Assembly: GCA_040954595.2 (NCBI GenBank)
Contig: CM082587.2
Coordinates: 2,385,000-2,448,999 of the forward strand
Reading direction: 5' to 3'
DNA from: Balanoglossus misakiensis
Lineage: Eukaryota > Animalia > Hemichordata
DNA length: 64,000 nucleotides
In this document: in pieces, positions 14,966 to 28,500 of the stretch
Layout: each line of letters opens with the position of its first letter
How positions within the stretch are numbered: position 1 is the first letter of the stretch
Program-made: the position numbers and the translations under genes
Notes under the pieces: generated by a model
Databases searched by the model: none
Told to the model about the DNA's origin: nothing
Seen by the model: only the letters and a program-made list of their open reading frames with translations

Positions 14966-17929
14966 ATGGATTCTTTAGTCCCCAATGAAAGGTGGGTGTG
15001 TTTTGGCTACATGAAAGATTCTCAGCTAAGTGGCAGATAATGTGATCAGAGTTTGTAGAGTGGGCCACACATCCCCTACTCAAGTAGGATGGGTGCTTTT
15101 TTTAAGAGTGGGCCAAGCGCAAACAGATAACATCTGGTGATGACAGCCAACCAGGGAAAACACAAGTGCCCCAAAACGTCACAGCAAAGAGCACTGACTT
15201 TTTCAGTTCGTTGCGTCAAATCTAGCTAGCTTTTCTGTCTGAGTCAATAAGATTGTCAATCACGGACAGAATTGGAGACAATTGGTTAAGCCGACTACGT
15301 CCAGACGGGAAATTCCCGAGATGGCGAACCAGACAATGCTTGGATTTCTCCTTACTTTGCGTTCAAAAGAATTAAAGAGCAAATCGTTTTAGTATCTTTC
15401 TAACTCGGAGGGTCATGTAAACACATTACAATGCTTTATCCATAGATCTGTTGGGAACGTTTCAAAGCAGTGGTCACTCAGGAACCCGGGCTTCAATCCT
15501 TCATAGTTAGAACTGAAATGACTTAATTGATAGGAGTTTGATTATATTTCTGATCCGTTCTATACAATCTTCACTATTTCCCCTCTCGCAGAAAAAGAAA
15601 GAAAAAGAAGCTTAAGTGTGTATACAATCCCACTGCTTTCACTGTTTAATGTTTTCGCAATCTTCAGGGAAATAGAAAGTTCAAGGAATATCACAGATAA
15701 GAACCACAGATAGGTATACCCCCACCCCCTTCCCAAAACAAGTCACTGCATATTTTAACACAGAAGGATGAGATTTTTCTCCCTGTGTATCTCAGGCAGA
15801 TGACGCCCACCCAAACATGTTGTTGGCATTCCAACAGGTACTCGTGAAGTGGAAATCAAAGCCGCACTTAGCGACAACATTTCTGTCTCGTAGATACATG
15901 TCTGACTCCACACATCAGCTGTGACACTGACATATCTCGTAACTCTGACAGCAACAGAACTGTTCAAAGAAGGTGTGAAAAATCAAAGTCGGGCGTGAAT
16001 GCCTGTTAATGGGAGGGAGCCAACAGATCTCGGGGGGAGAGAAAAATGGCCTTGGAAACCGGGAAAACACTAAGCCGAGGATTTTCTAATCATGGCGCGG
16101 AGTTGGGTTCCCGTGTTGACAGAATGGCATTGTGAAGGAGTGTTTGGGTCGATGAGAATTAAAATTCATGAACTAGGGGAGCTATATGCTGCTGGTGTGG
16201 TGAGCAGAAGTTAAAAATGTAAACTTTGCGTGTGTGTGTGTTCCGAGTGGATAGACAGAGAGAGTGGAGAGCGAGAGAGAAAGAAAAACCCTCCCCTACA
16301 CACACAAACACACTGGTAACTCAGACACAAAAGCCACGTACGCCACTCAACGCGGATTCTGCTCGCGCTCTGAATAGCGAGAGAACTCGGCGGCACAGGT
16401 GGACTGGCGCGCAGAAGACAGTGTAAACACACTTGCAGAGAGGGTCACGCATCGCATTGCCGTGTGTGACAGATACGTGATACCCCGTTTCCGCAGGTGT
16501 TGCAAACAATGTGGTCGGGGGTCACTTCAACACACCGCCTTCCCACTGAACCGTGCTGCTATCTCACAGCAATGTTTATGCTAGCATTCAACAGTTAGAA
16601 TGGTTTACTCTATACCAGCTAATTGTTCCGTTCTTTTTGGAACACAATTGTTCTGTTGCTATTTTCTGCGTTCTCCTTTCTTCTCCCTACCCGATGAAAT
16701 AGTTCCCAGGTGTGGTGCCAACAGTATTGGCTGTGTCCCCCCCAACCAAGCATTCCTGGCCCCTATTCTTAAACGTTCTTCAATAGAACCTGATTTCCAA
16801 TGAGCCATTTTAAAAACAAGGTCACCCTCCTGGGCGTAAATAAACTCTCTCTCCAAAAAAAAAAAATTCCCAAAGCGTTGTTTAATTCCCCTTTCCTCGC
16901 AGCAAAACTGCATTTTCCAAATTATGGTCTAAAAGGCAATATCCCCCCAAATCCTGGCCTATGCTTAGTGCCAGGAAATATATTATATTCAAGGAAGTGA
17001 AATGTAAATTTTACTTTCACCTAGGATTTTTTCTCTCTCCCAAATTTGTTTTCAGAGGGGTGTGGAATCAGCAGGAGGACATCAAATTTCACTTTTCAAA
17101 TTTCTATGACGTTTTACCTGTATCCATAGAAACGTTACACACATTAGAGAAAAGCTCTCGAACTTTATCATGCTTTGGAAAATGATTTTTCATATTCATA
17201 AAATACACAAAAAATGACTTGATTTTCTTTTTGAAAATATCTGAATTTTTTTTTAGAATGTGGCACTCTCTTACGCCGAGGTAGTCACACAGCCATTATG
17301 TATATTAGCAGATCTAAATACAGAGTGCACAATTACTGGGGATGTCTTGCTGTGCGTAACTGCCTTTTAAAGCCTTTAGGCTGGGCTGACACAGTCACAG
17401 GAACATAAGGATCCCTACCGAGTTGAAAACATGTAAATCACACAGTGCACCCCTATCAGTGACCCCCTAGGGCTGTCATTAATCAACTAGCAACAAATGT
17501 CTACAGATGAAATAAATTCAATAATTCACTAGCTATACGGTTTCATATGCATATGACTGTCCAAGGCTTTTAGACTTAATTACAGACGACTAATACAGTA
17601 TTACAGTTTTAATACGTTGTCTAATTTAATTAGGCTTATTACCTTGGTCACGTAAACCTCAGGGTAGAAGTAAAACTCAATTTTTTCTTTCTTTGAGCGA
17701 TAGAGATTTTTTTTCATTTTTTCATTTTTACTTTTTTTAACTCTTTGATTCTTTGTAAATTAAATGCTAATTCTGGTGCAGGCCTGGTAGATTCCTTTGC
17801 ATGAGGCATTGACAAACAGCATGCTGTGTTACAGATCTATTGTACTGTGAATGGAGGCTGGACAAAAGCCAATAGTTCAGCCACTCTTTTTTTTCTATAC
17901 CTGGTCTGGCAGCTGTTTTTTTTTCTTCT

Positions 17930-17977
17930 GGAGGGGGAGCGAGTGAGTGAGTGTACGAGAGAGAGAGAGAGAGAGAG
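17930..17977. repeat. (GA)n / GAGT microsatellite
   Basis: gagcgagtgagtgagtgtacgagagagagagagagagagag. Confidence 0.85.
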
Positions 17978-20900
17978 CTGTTTTAAGTGACTTGCAAAAT
18001 GCAGAGAAAAGGATGTAATGATTCCTGAAGAGGCTGACACAAAGCTGACATCCAAATTATGCTAGTAGGCCCATGACACCAGGGGACGAGACTTAAAGCC
18101 GGGGAAAAAACATCTCACTCTTGACAATCAAAGAAGTCCTCAAGCCAGTAACTTCAGCTGTCTCTTACAGTCTTAGACGATTAAAGACCAGCATAAATAC
18201 GCTTCAGTATAAGAGACTCTTCAAGAGACCAAAGTAACTTTTTTGTAGAAATGCAAAGATACTTAGGTGTTTGAGAGCCACAACTGTAATAGCAAGGCAT
18301 ATCTCCCAGTATTTGACAGGGTCCACTGGTATTCTGGTCTCGAGGTACTGACTATAAGCATAAGTGGATTGTGAATTTTCTTACAAAATTTAAAACAACA
18401 GATTAAGCAACCGAGACAGAAATAAATTTACACAGTGAATGAAGACTAGCTCCCTTTTGACAGCACAACACCATTTAGTGAATTGAAAACTGAAGTTTCC
18501 TCAGAAGATATATGTGCTTGAGGCCAAGTTCACTTCTTGTGCTGGAAGGGAAATAGCTGAATGGCCAACACAGCTATCTCATACTATCAAGAATTTCCAA
18601 CAGATTGGTCTTCAGGCATATTAAAATCAAAACCTTTGACTTTTAACATGCTAGATCACTTTTTTCATTTTGTATTCCTTCACACATGATTTAGTTATCA
18701 CAGCGGTCTGTCCTGCAGCATATGTACAATTGACGACATTTCTTTGAGAATCACAGGTGGTGAGTCTGAGAGCGATACTTGGTCTAATCTCTTTCGGATC
18801 CACAGGGCCAGAAATCACAGCAAGAGATTCTGGATTGAAACCTAGCTGTCTAAACCAGACACTTTTTAATCTGGACGTCTGTCTATACTGATTTATTCCA
18901 GTACTTTTCTCATGTACACTATTGTTAAAAAGACTATACACCAGACACTTCTAGTTGCCTTTCACCTAAAATTTTAAAGACCATGCCTGAAAATTTTGTT
19001 CCGGGAAAGGGAAACGCGAAAAACTGGTTCCCATGGAAACCAGCCTGGTGATTCATCATTTTCAATGAGCCTACACTATTGTGGAGACAGGCCACTACCC
19101 CCTAAAAAATCACTCAGTCACTCGGCCGTGTTGTCTTTCCGAGTCCGTCTAGGGTTTGAAATGCTGACTGGTTTCCACTCTCTGAAGTCTGACTGTCTCT
19201 TTTCATGAACTGGAGACCGTCAGCTCTGAGGTGGTTGGAGTCAGTGCCCTGACAGAGCAAATGACCCCCACAAGACTGTCATCGGGGTGACCGGCCGTGT
19301 TTACACCTCGATGAACCCTCCCACAAACACTAGAAGGCACCAGAAAAAAGACCACTAGAGAAACCTTCAAAACATGAACCAGACGGACACTACCGAAAAA
19401 GTCATCACCCATCCTGAAATGCCACTAGGAAAATATTACCATGGAAACCTTTTTGGCTTATTCACGGCAAGACAGAAATATGCATTTTAGATGGATATGA
19501 CGGTGCATTCATTTAAAATTGAACAGATTTTTTTTAAATCAGAAAAGATCACTTCTATTTTAGTCCTCTTCAAAAATTACAAATCTCAACAAGGAATAAT
19601 CATAAGTAAATTTTTATTCTATTCATCTACAGTACAAAAGCTAAAATGTACATATTTGAATAGAATTTTGGTCACTATTAAAAATCTCAAATTTGTAAGT
19701 CAATAGAAGACATTTAAGGCATGTATTTTATCAGTTTTCTTCTTCTTTCTGTGTGTCAGAGCACGCTATAGTTGATTGAGCTAGAAGATATATTTTCACA
19801 CAAGCTAAGTAACAAAGAAAATGTCATCTTTGACATATTTACGCATGAAAAATGAGGAAAAACAGTGAGATTTAAAACAGTGTTTTCTTTACCCCGGGGC
19901 ATAAAATCAGTCATAATTGCTCAAACTTTCAGCAAGCTGTATAGTAATGATGTTGATAAAAGGATAACCCCGGGAAGGCTAAGAGAAGGAAACGGAACCT
20001 GATCCAATAGGTTTTTTTTGTGTCCATCACAAAATAATCGGCCACTTTCAAGTTTACAAAATTTCCCTCCGCGCTTGCTCGCTCCGTCGTGTCAGCGCAC
20101 AATCGCGATCGAGTCTGACGCACGAATCGTCACACAATCGAGACACGAATCACGGGCATTACCCACTTGACATTGATTTTATGACGCGCGGACCATTGTT
20201 GATGAATTCAAGGTCATGAAACTTTCACTCATTCCGCGATGCCCTATCATCAATTTACAATCACTCTCACCATTGCTTTTTTAGCCTTTTTTTCCCATTT
20301 TTAAAACTCAGCGAAAATCCTCTTTCAGGAATATTTCTTTTGCATGGGTAAAAGTTTGTAAAATACACCATCATTCTCAGACAGCAATTTGCATTCAACA
20401 TTTCACTTTGTGAGTAATGTATAATTAATGTCAGTTTTGATTTAGTTTGAACATAAGTGCCATGGTGATGACAAAGTGATTTAACAAATTTCATTGAATT
20501 TTCATTTCAATGCATTTTGTTAATATTTTTGCCAAAAAGTATTTTTAAAATCAGCTGATGAAATATTTTGAAGGTCAGAAACCTCTTTGATTACAGAGCA
20601 TGAAGATATCAGAGAAATTTAAGATAACCATCGTTTGACGGTTGTAGCAAGTGAAAAAGATCCAGACTTCTGCGGTATTATCAAGGGAGAAATTGAGCTC
20701 TAAAGTGAAGATTTGGGTATTTACTTAAGCATGCAGCGGGTTCATTTCATTCATCAGCGGTAAGGAGATATATGGTTATTGGCTTTCTATTGCCCTTTTT
20801 GTTTCTACATTAATGGCTAGGTACACAAACAGATAAAAAGTGTTTTCACAACCAATCCATATGTCAGCTCGGGATACAAGTTAAGTATCGATATTCTTCT

Positions 20901-23900
20901 GACCTTTGGAAGACAAGAAGGGCTTTATTTATGGCAGACGTCTCTTGCGGGTCGCTGCGGGTTTTCAAGACAGAGATGGACGAAGAGAAAAAAAATTGAT
21001 AAACGGATGTGGGGCGTTATCTGATGCACTGGTCTGTACGCAATCAAACTGAAAGAGATGTTGAGTTTTAGATATCACATTTTTGATACAATCTCTTTGT
21101 GAATCGAGTTTCACAGACCCAGCCTTCCAGGTCTATAGATAAGCTGAAATGTAGAGACTGTTTCACCCTATATTCGTCCTGTGCAAGCCTTTTTAAATTT
21201 AAATTTTTGCTCACATAGATATACTGACCTGAACATGTCATTAAGATAAATGTCAGTAACTACATATTAGTTTGGATAAATATACAAATTATGAACATTT
21301 TGAAATTTTTAAAGTTATTATTTACATTTTAGATTTGGATTTGATGAAGAATATCAACATTTTGACTTGATTATGAACCCGTGAACAAAAACGACAGACG
21401 GCTGAGAATTGTTGAATCACGGTGGCAAAAACAAACACTTAAAATCCGGCAGTAAAAGCTAAACATGATGGATGATTCAAGATGACAGTGGATTTTATTG
21501 TAATTTTCATGTTTCTGTGTGTTTTTAACCACTTCAAAAATAGGATGATCTCGTAGCAGAAGGTCAAACAAGGTGAAACTATAACATTTCCTGTTGTGTT
21601 GACATTGTTGTATGGGTGTCAGGGCTGTAAAACACTTGTAATCAGTTTTTAACGGGCAAAAAAACAGGGAATACTAACAGAGAAGTTCTGAAATATTACT
21701 TCATCTATCAAACGTGTTGCCTTTCACTGATGAATCACATACATGTTAAGTCGCTTTCAATCATAACTTGGCACCAACCTAGCTTGACAATCTCTCCTTT
21801 TTTTATTGTGTACTTTTCACTTTGGTGGCATATATATGCTGACTGTAGACACAAGTGATGTAAAACAAACCCGACGAATTGACTGCGACGGTGAAACACT
21901 CTCTTTGCAGAATTCCCTGTCTGACCGGAAGAGACAGTAGATGAAAGTTTGCAGTCAATATTAGCACAGTTGAACAGCCATTAAAGCAGGAAGCTACGGC
22001 TTTCTAAATCCCAAAGCCTTGGCTTTAATATTAGAGCTATACGAAATTCGGCAACAATGATCGACACAAGCACGGCCTTCCTGAATTCAGATAAATATCC
22101 CCTGGAAAAATGAAAAGTATGAAATATGAGAGATGAAAGGGAGTTGCGATTCATTGTTGCATGTACATGGTGGATCAATCTCCACAATTAGTTCATTTCC
22201 GATGGAAGAAAAGACTTAATACTGTCTCTGTGAAAACTGTTCACACTCTCTATAAGTACAGGCTTCCTGTTTGCTTTTATTTTGTATGTTTCATATTTGA
22301 GGGGAGGGATATTTTTTATTCGATTTCTGTGTTTGTTTTCTTCACACAAAAAAGACACAAACATCGATAAATTCTGTGTGAATATACGGATCCACCTGCA
22401 GAGTCTAGAAACAGTTGACATTGATCTCATCCGCGTGATGCCCGACTCTCATTCTTGACACGACAGCACCTTAACAACTGGTATCTTAGGTGGAAAAATG
22501 GTGCCAAGACATCACTTCTATCTGACTGGACCCAATCACTTTCTGATTCTCAAACTGTCGGTGACTCAGTTGTTTTGTGTTTACTGTTAACAGGGATTTT
22601 TATGGACGCATTTGAAAGCCATATAAAATTTTTAGCACATTCCTAATAGCTGCCATTGTTTATGAAAACACACGCCAAAAACAACACACTTTGCATTGTA
22701 TCTTTTTAATGCAGTTCCATTTACATCGCACTAATACGGTGACTTTATGGATAATATTAAGACTTACATATTGTCCTCTGAATACAAATTAGTGTTCTGT
22801 CATTTACATGGGACTCAGCACCACCCATGTTCACAGGGAATTATCTATTTATGACAGTTGATATAAAATTCTGTGAAAATAACAGCAGTTTTATGTTCAA
22901 AATGTTGACGTTCTAAGTGGATGAAGGGGCAGTACAAAAACCATGTAGATTCTTTATATATTATTTGTAAAATGCAAGATTTCCGCTCTTTGTGGCTGTG
23001 GAAATCTTTGTTTAGGTGACCAATCACCAGGGCTTTTCTTTACATGTCTTACTGACAATTATCTGCCAACGACAGACTTACAAACAAGTTTTCACCTTTT
23101 GTTGTTGATGTTGCGGCAAAATTTGACACAACTTTCCTACCCTTTTGAGTTCCGGACAGATTTCAGATGGAGACCTAAAAGTAAGTGTGACCTATATTGA
23201 GGGTTCCGTTCATGAAAATCTAAGAGCAGCTAATTTCTTTGATATCGGCGGGAAAACCAATGCCATGCAAAGAGTTCATTACCTCCACAAATCCGCAACT
23301 CCCACGATAGCCATCGCTTGTGTTTTAGCACTCACTGGTTCCAAACAAAAAATGTGCCTCTTTTCAGCTCCCGAGTTTCTGGCTGGACATCCGGCACGAA
23401 GTTGTCAGTCTATTCCGATTTTCAACTCAATCCATTGACAGTTGGCACAATGCTCCGTCTTGATTTAACTCGGGGTCTGTAGTCGCCATTGCGATTGCTA
23501 AACAAACCATGAAATTCTTTTCTCTCCCTTTTCACACTGCAGCTGAATGTGTGGCATTTAGACTTGTACAAAGCCTGTCATCCCGCGTGTGTGTCAAAAC
23601 CGAAGTGGACCTCGCTTGTGTGTACGTGCCCAATTCTCTTGAGGAACCTCTCTCGAGAAAACCCGCACGATTTCTGTCGACTTTCTCGATTTTGAACTAC
23701 ATGTTAAACCGACCAACACGAACAGATGGGGAGGAGCACAGATTGATGGGAGGGAGGGACCCGTGGCGTGGGAGAGGGACAGAGTCCATCTGCGGTGATT
23801 GAGTAGCCAAACTGGTGGAACTAAACGCCGAAATAGGTCACAGAAAGAGCATTGAATGTACTCGGCTAAGATACACCAGAAAAAATATAACAGTCATGAA

Positions 23901-24923
23901 AAGAGAACCAAAAAATTCTACTCTAATCCGAGGAATTGGAACGGAACAGTGAGAGGGCACAGAAAAGACTAATATAAAACATTAAAGTCCAGAATGAGAC
24001 TATTTCAGAACGTTCGAAAAGGCAGGAAAGACATTGACAGTCAGCTCGCTTTGTGTTGCTACGGAAGTTACAAGTTGTTACTACCTCAACAAGTCAGCTT
24101 GTAGCATTGCTTGATTGAAAATTCATTACTTTCATGGGTTTTGAAAGGCAGACTAGTTGTTCAAAGACTTCCCCTCACAAGAGTTTCTGATTTCGGTGAT
24201 GATTACGAGAATTTGTTTCAAGGGAAAGCGCACCATCTAAAGAGATATTAAAAAGGGGCACATAACCATTTAGGATGAAGGTTTAGAGCCATGTTTTCTT
24301 ATATTAACACGCGGGTCCAACACTGATTTGAATGACAAAACCCCATTCCTGGTGCTTTGCCTGGTTATGACCAGTGACAAAAATGGCAGGAAATCAAAAT
24401 GTACTGATTCCTTGGCGGAGGAGATTTCATACTCTGCGCCACTGTTATCGCCCCTTTATTCACACAACCATTTTATGAACAGCTTTGGAAGGTTAAAGCC
24501 TAGCAGAACAAATTAGGAAACAGCTTTGGTTGAAAGTTTAATGGGAAGATCACAGAAATACCGCTTGTACATAATATTAGGTTGATGCAGTGTTTAACAT
24601 CAGACTAAACAGACATAGATTTAATTATGAAGATTATGTTACTGTCAGTATTTTAAATCATTTTTTATTATAATCTAATCATCACGCAATCCTGTAGAAT
24701 ATTTGGCCAGTGGCTTTCAAAATTTCTGACATGTTTACCCAGAATGCACTGCAGACAGTACTAGGACAGGAGGCATCATCAACAGGTTTCAACTTCGACT
24801 GTTTTTTTATATATTCTTGAGTAGATAAAAGCAATTTCCTAAGATCTTCCAAATTGTGCGTAATTAAGTGATCCTGCAGGAAGAAAAACTCTTCAGAAAT
24901 ACGTGAACTTTAAAAGGGAAGCG

Positions 24924-25579
24924 ATTCTCAGCCACCAAAAAAGAAATAATAACAGGCAATTCCACAGAAAAGCGAGTAGAAATAATTTGCGAGTAATGTC
25001 GTCTTATTTAACACAACATTCATTTACCAAATCAAAAAATAGAAATGGATCAAAGGAAATGCCATTTTAATATAAAATGCCGATGTAATTACGGCGATTG
25101 GTGAATTGAATGAGAATTTGCAATGACTTAAAAATTAGTCTATTCTTTCTTTCTTTGGTGTCTAATTGAAAAATTGTGGGAGAAATCAGAGGGTTTATTT
25201 TAAAACCAAAATAATAGAAACGATTAGTCGGTATATTGCAGAATTGACACAAATTTACCAGAGAGCTCTGTCTCTGTAATTTACTGGATGTTATTATCAT
25301 TGATCAGTTTCAAACTCATTCTAGATCTCTTTTTATCTGGTTCGCACAACCTACCACATATCCAATCGGATGCCACCTTGAACAAATTATTTCAACCAGA
25401 TGAACTAATTCAGAATGAATGCATTCGACTGATGCTGGATTCACCGAATTTGTGTCTGTCATCACCCAGTCATTTGAGAAGTGTCAATTTTTTGTCAAAA
25501 AATTTATTCCGTCTGTATCTCTCATTCTGAATCGCATAAGTCAATAAACAGCGTTTTAAATTTTGTGGCTGAGAATGTA
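24924..25579. mobile_element. About 650-bp decayed MITE with terminal inverted repeats
   Basis: ATTCTCAGCCAC(C)AAAA at 24924 and its reverse complement TTTTGTGGCTGAGAAT at 25561-25576; AT-rich interior with no meaningful ORF. Confidence 0.5.
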
Positions 25580-28500
25580 TAATCTAGCTTTTTAAAAAAT
25601 ATCAGATTTTAATTTTTTTTTTTTACCAAATCGGCGGTGAAAATGGAGATTTCAGCACAAATTTGAGAGTGCTAGGTGGCATGGATGAGTGGATCCACAC
25701 CTGCTAGGCTGTGTACTTGTAGTTTGGGACTGGGGCCGCCTGACAAAAAGCATTAGAACAAAGCGCTGTAATCCAGAGGAAATAAACTGTGCATTATCCA
25801 ATCTTCCTCGCTGCATAATCTGCATTCAGGCCATATCAAGAAATCTATTGTTTTGCCAACACTACACGCAGATAAATCCCTCCCATTACACAATACTGCC
25901 ACGCCTCATTGGAGTTGCCGTGAAAATGCAAAGATCAGAGTTTTTACACAGTAGCAACATTTTGGGGGAAACAAAGGAAGGTTCAAACAATTAAAATAAT
26001 CTCAGTGCATTGCACTTCCGATAAACCATGACATGTACATAAAAAGAAACTGATTAGATTCAGACAAGGAACGTAAACTCTTTATCATATGTCCTTAAAT
26101 CTAAATTATACTTTGACAAAACAAAATGACAAGATGCTGCGTCGAAGCTACACCGAAGAAAGAAAACGGACGGAAATGGCAAACATAAAATTTATACTGC
26201 CTGGCCTTGGTCGGACCTGATTGATTACTCATTAGTATTGGCCGTCCCACTTCTATATTAAGTTAATACAAGCACTCTCCAATGTATTTCCCAATTCTCA
26301 CTTGATGCTTGCTGCCCCCCTTCCTTGAGAGGATTAGGCATGGGAGGTGACAGCAACAAAAGCTAGCAACATCACTGAGGTATTCCTGATGAGTTTCTCA
26401 CACCTAAGCCACTTAGCTCTTTGGGAAAAAATTGCTTCCGAGAAGAAACCCGCCGCACAAGGCACGTCACTCAAGTGGCGGCCGGGCCAGCAAAAAAAAA
26501 AATAGATCGGCAGCGATGTCAACAGAACATCGCAGAGCACAAATTGCGATTTAAGCTTGGAAAATGCGTGATTGGAATCGACGCTTATCATAACAGGGAA
26601 TCATCGGCGTTAAATTTCCAATATAATTGCAAATTCGCCATTGTTTGGGATTCTCCGGGACACGGAGTCCAGGAGAGGAGGAAAAGGATCAAAGTGAGGG
26701 TAACCTAGGGAGTGTTGAGTAAAAAGGGTTGCCTGAGGCTATGAGTGTGGACAGTAGTATACTAAGATAATGGGACCCAGCCCACAGACAACTATGCACA
26801 ATTTACATGGCCAACACAGTGACTTGTGGTGCCTTTCAACAGGAATAAAAAGCCATTAATCAATATAATAAGGCCAAATGGAAGTTTTTATTTTTCTTAG
26901 CCGATTCAGTCTATGGCTAGTAAAGCCATCAGTTAGCTGAGGGAAGCCCCGAGGAGAAACGTGCAGGCAGGGTACGCATTTACAGGCAGAAAGTGGCACT
27001 TCAACACAGCGGGCCGCTGCCATGAACTGCCAAAATATTTGAAAACTGTAATGGTGAATTTGAGTAAACACTTGTCCAACTGTGGACATTTACTCCCTAA
27101 CCCCGGGCTGTATTAATGGATTTTAGTTTCACTCGGAAACGGGAGCGATGACTGTCTTTGCTTTCATTCAATGGGGCTGGCTGTTTTTCTTACCTCGCAA
27201 CCATTCTACCCTGTGATCAAACACGCCCATGGCGGTACATTCAGACGTACTTCTTGCCCCCCGTAAAACAACACTAAACCAACAGCGTGAATACTAACAC
27301 GGCAAAAAAACTGTGCGGAATAAAACCGTAGCAAAATCTGCACAAATTCTCGAGTTACAAAATGAAAGATAACAGGTGAGGGGGCAAACACTTGTAACTA
27401 AATCCTATGCACTTTCTTCTGTCATCATAATATTCCATTCACACTAAAACCCAGAGCAATTTCCTTTCTCAATCATACCCATCACGCTATACATACATTT
27501 CTCATGATAAATTCTCAATGCATGAAACAAACCCAATGAAATTCATCACTTTCCTGGAAATTATACACTTTCCACAGACAAAAGTATCAAACAAAAAAAA
27601 TGGCTCAAATATACAGAAAGGTTGATCTTAAAGAGACTTTACTGATAAAAATATATGTTTAAAAACTTGCAGTTTTCAGTTCTGACACAGGTCATCACAG
27701 CTCTGACAGAAATGATGGTAGATTTTGACATTTCCAATTTTGAAGGACAGTATAATTGCCACCATTGACCGGACTAGAGGGCTGAACCAAGGCTTGGCTG
27801 GAGATTTCAAGAGCATGAGAGAGTTGGAATGCATTCACAAAATGTGTTTCATGAATTGGAAATAATGTGCAAGTTCCTGCAGAACAGGGTTATATGGGTG
27901 ACTTTTTTTCTATCAAGTTGGACAACATTCATCTGTGACACACAAAAATTCCTGAATGGGAAGCAATTTGTACCGCGGACTGTCTTACTGACAGATTATT
28001 AACTGCAACAATCTCTTGGAAAAGCGCCTTTTTAATATATATGATTTGGGTTTCACACCTCCAAAAGAGAATCTGGAAGAATAAAATGTTATGTTGGCAG
28101 TGAATGGTGCCAATTGAAATGCAATGAAGTATTTCTGACTCAATTGTTGCCTCATTTACTATCAATTGCCTCGACTCGCACCCAACAATTAGACTTTGGA
28201 CTTTAATGAATAATGATCATACAGCAAGTGAAAAAAAAGTCACAAAAAGAGCGACTGAGAATAGTTTAATCGCCGGCCCGATACTGACACTTCGGTAATT
28301 AACATCAACAATTCAGGGGGTGATAAATACTTCCAGAAATTGCAGACGATTAGAGGTAATTTTCTGAAGTGTTATTTACACCAATAGATATATTGAATCG
28401 TTGGCAATTGACGACCATTGCCATTCGCGGCAGTTTAGCTAGTCAAAGCGTTTCACACACTGCCATATATACACATCCCTTTACGCACAGCATGCACAGA

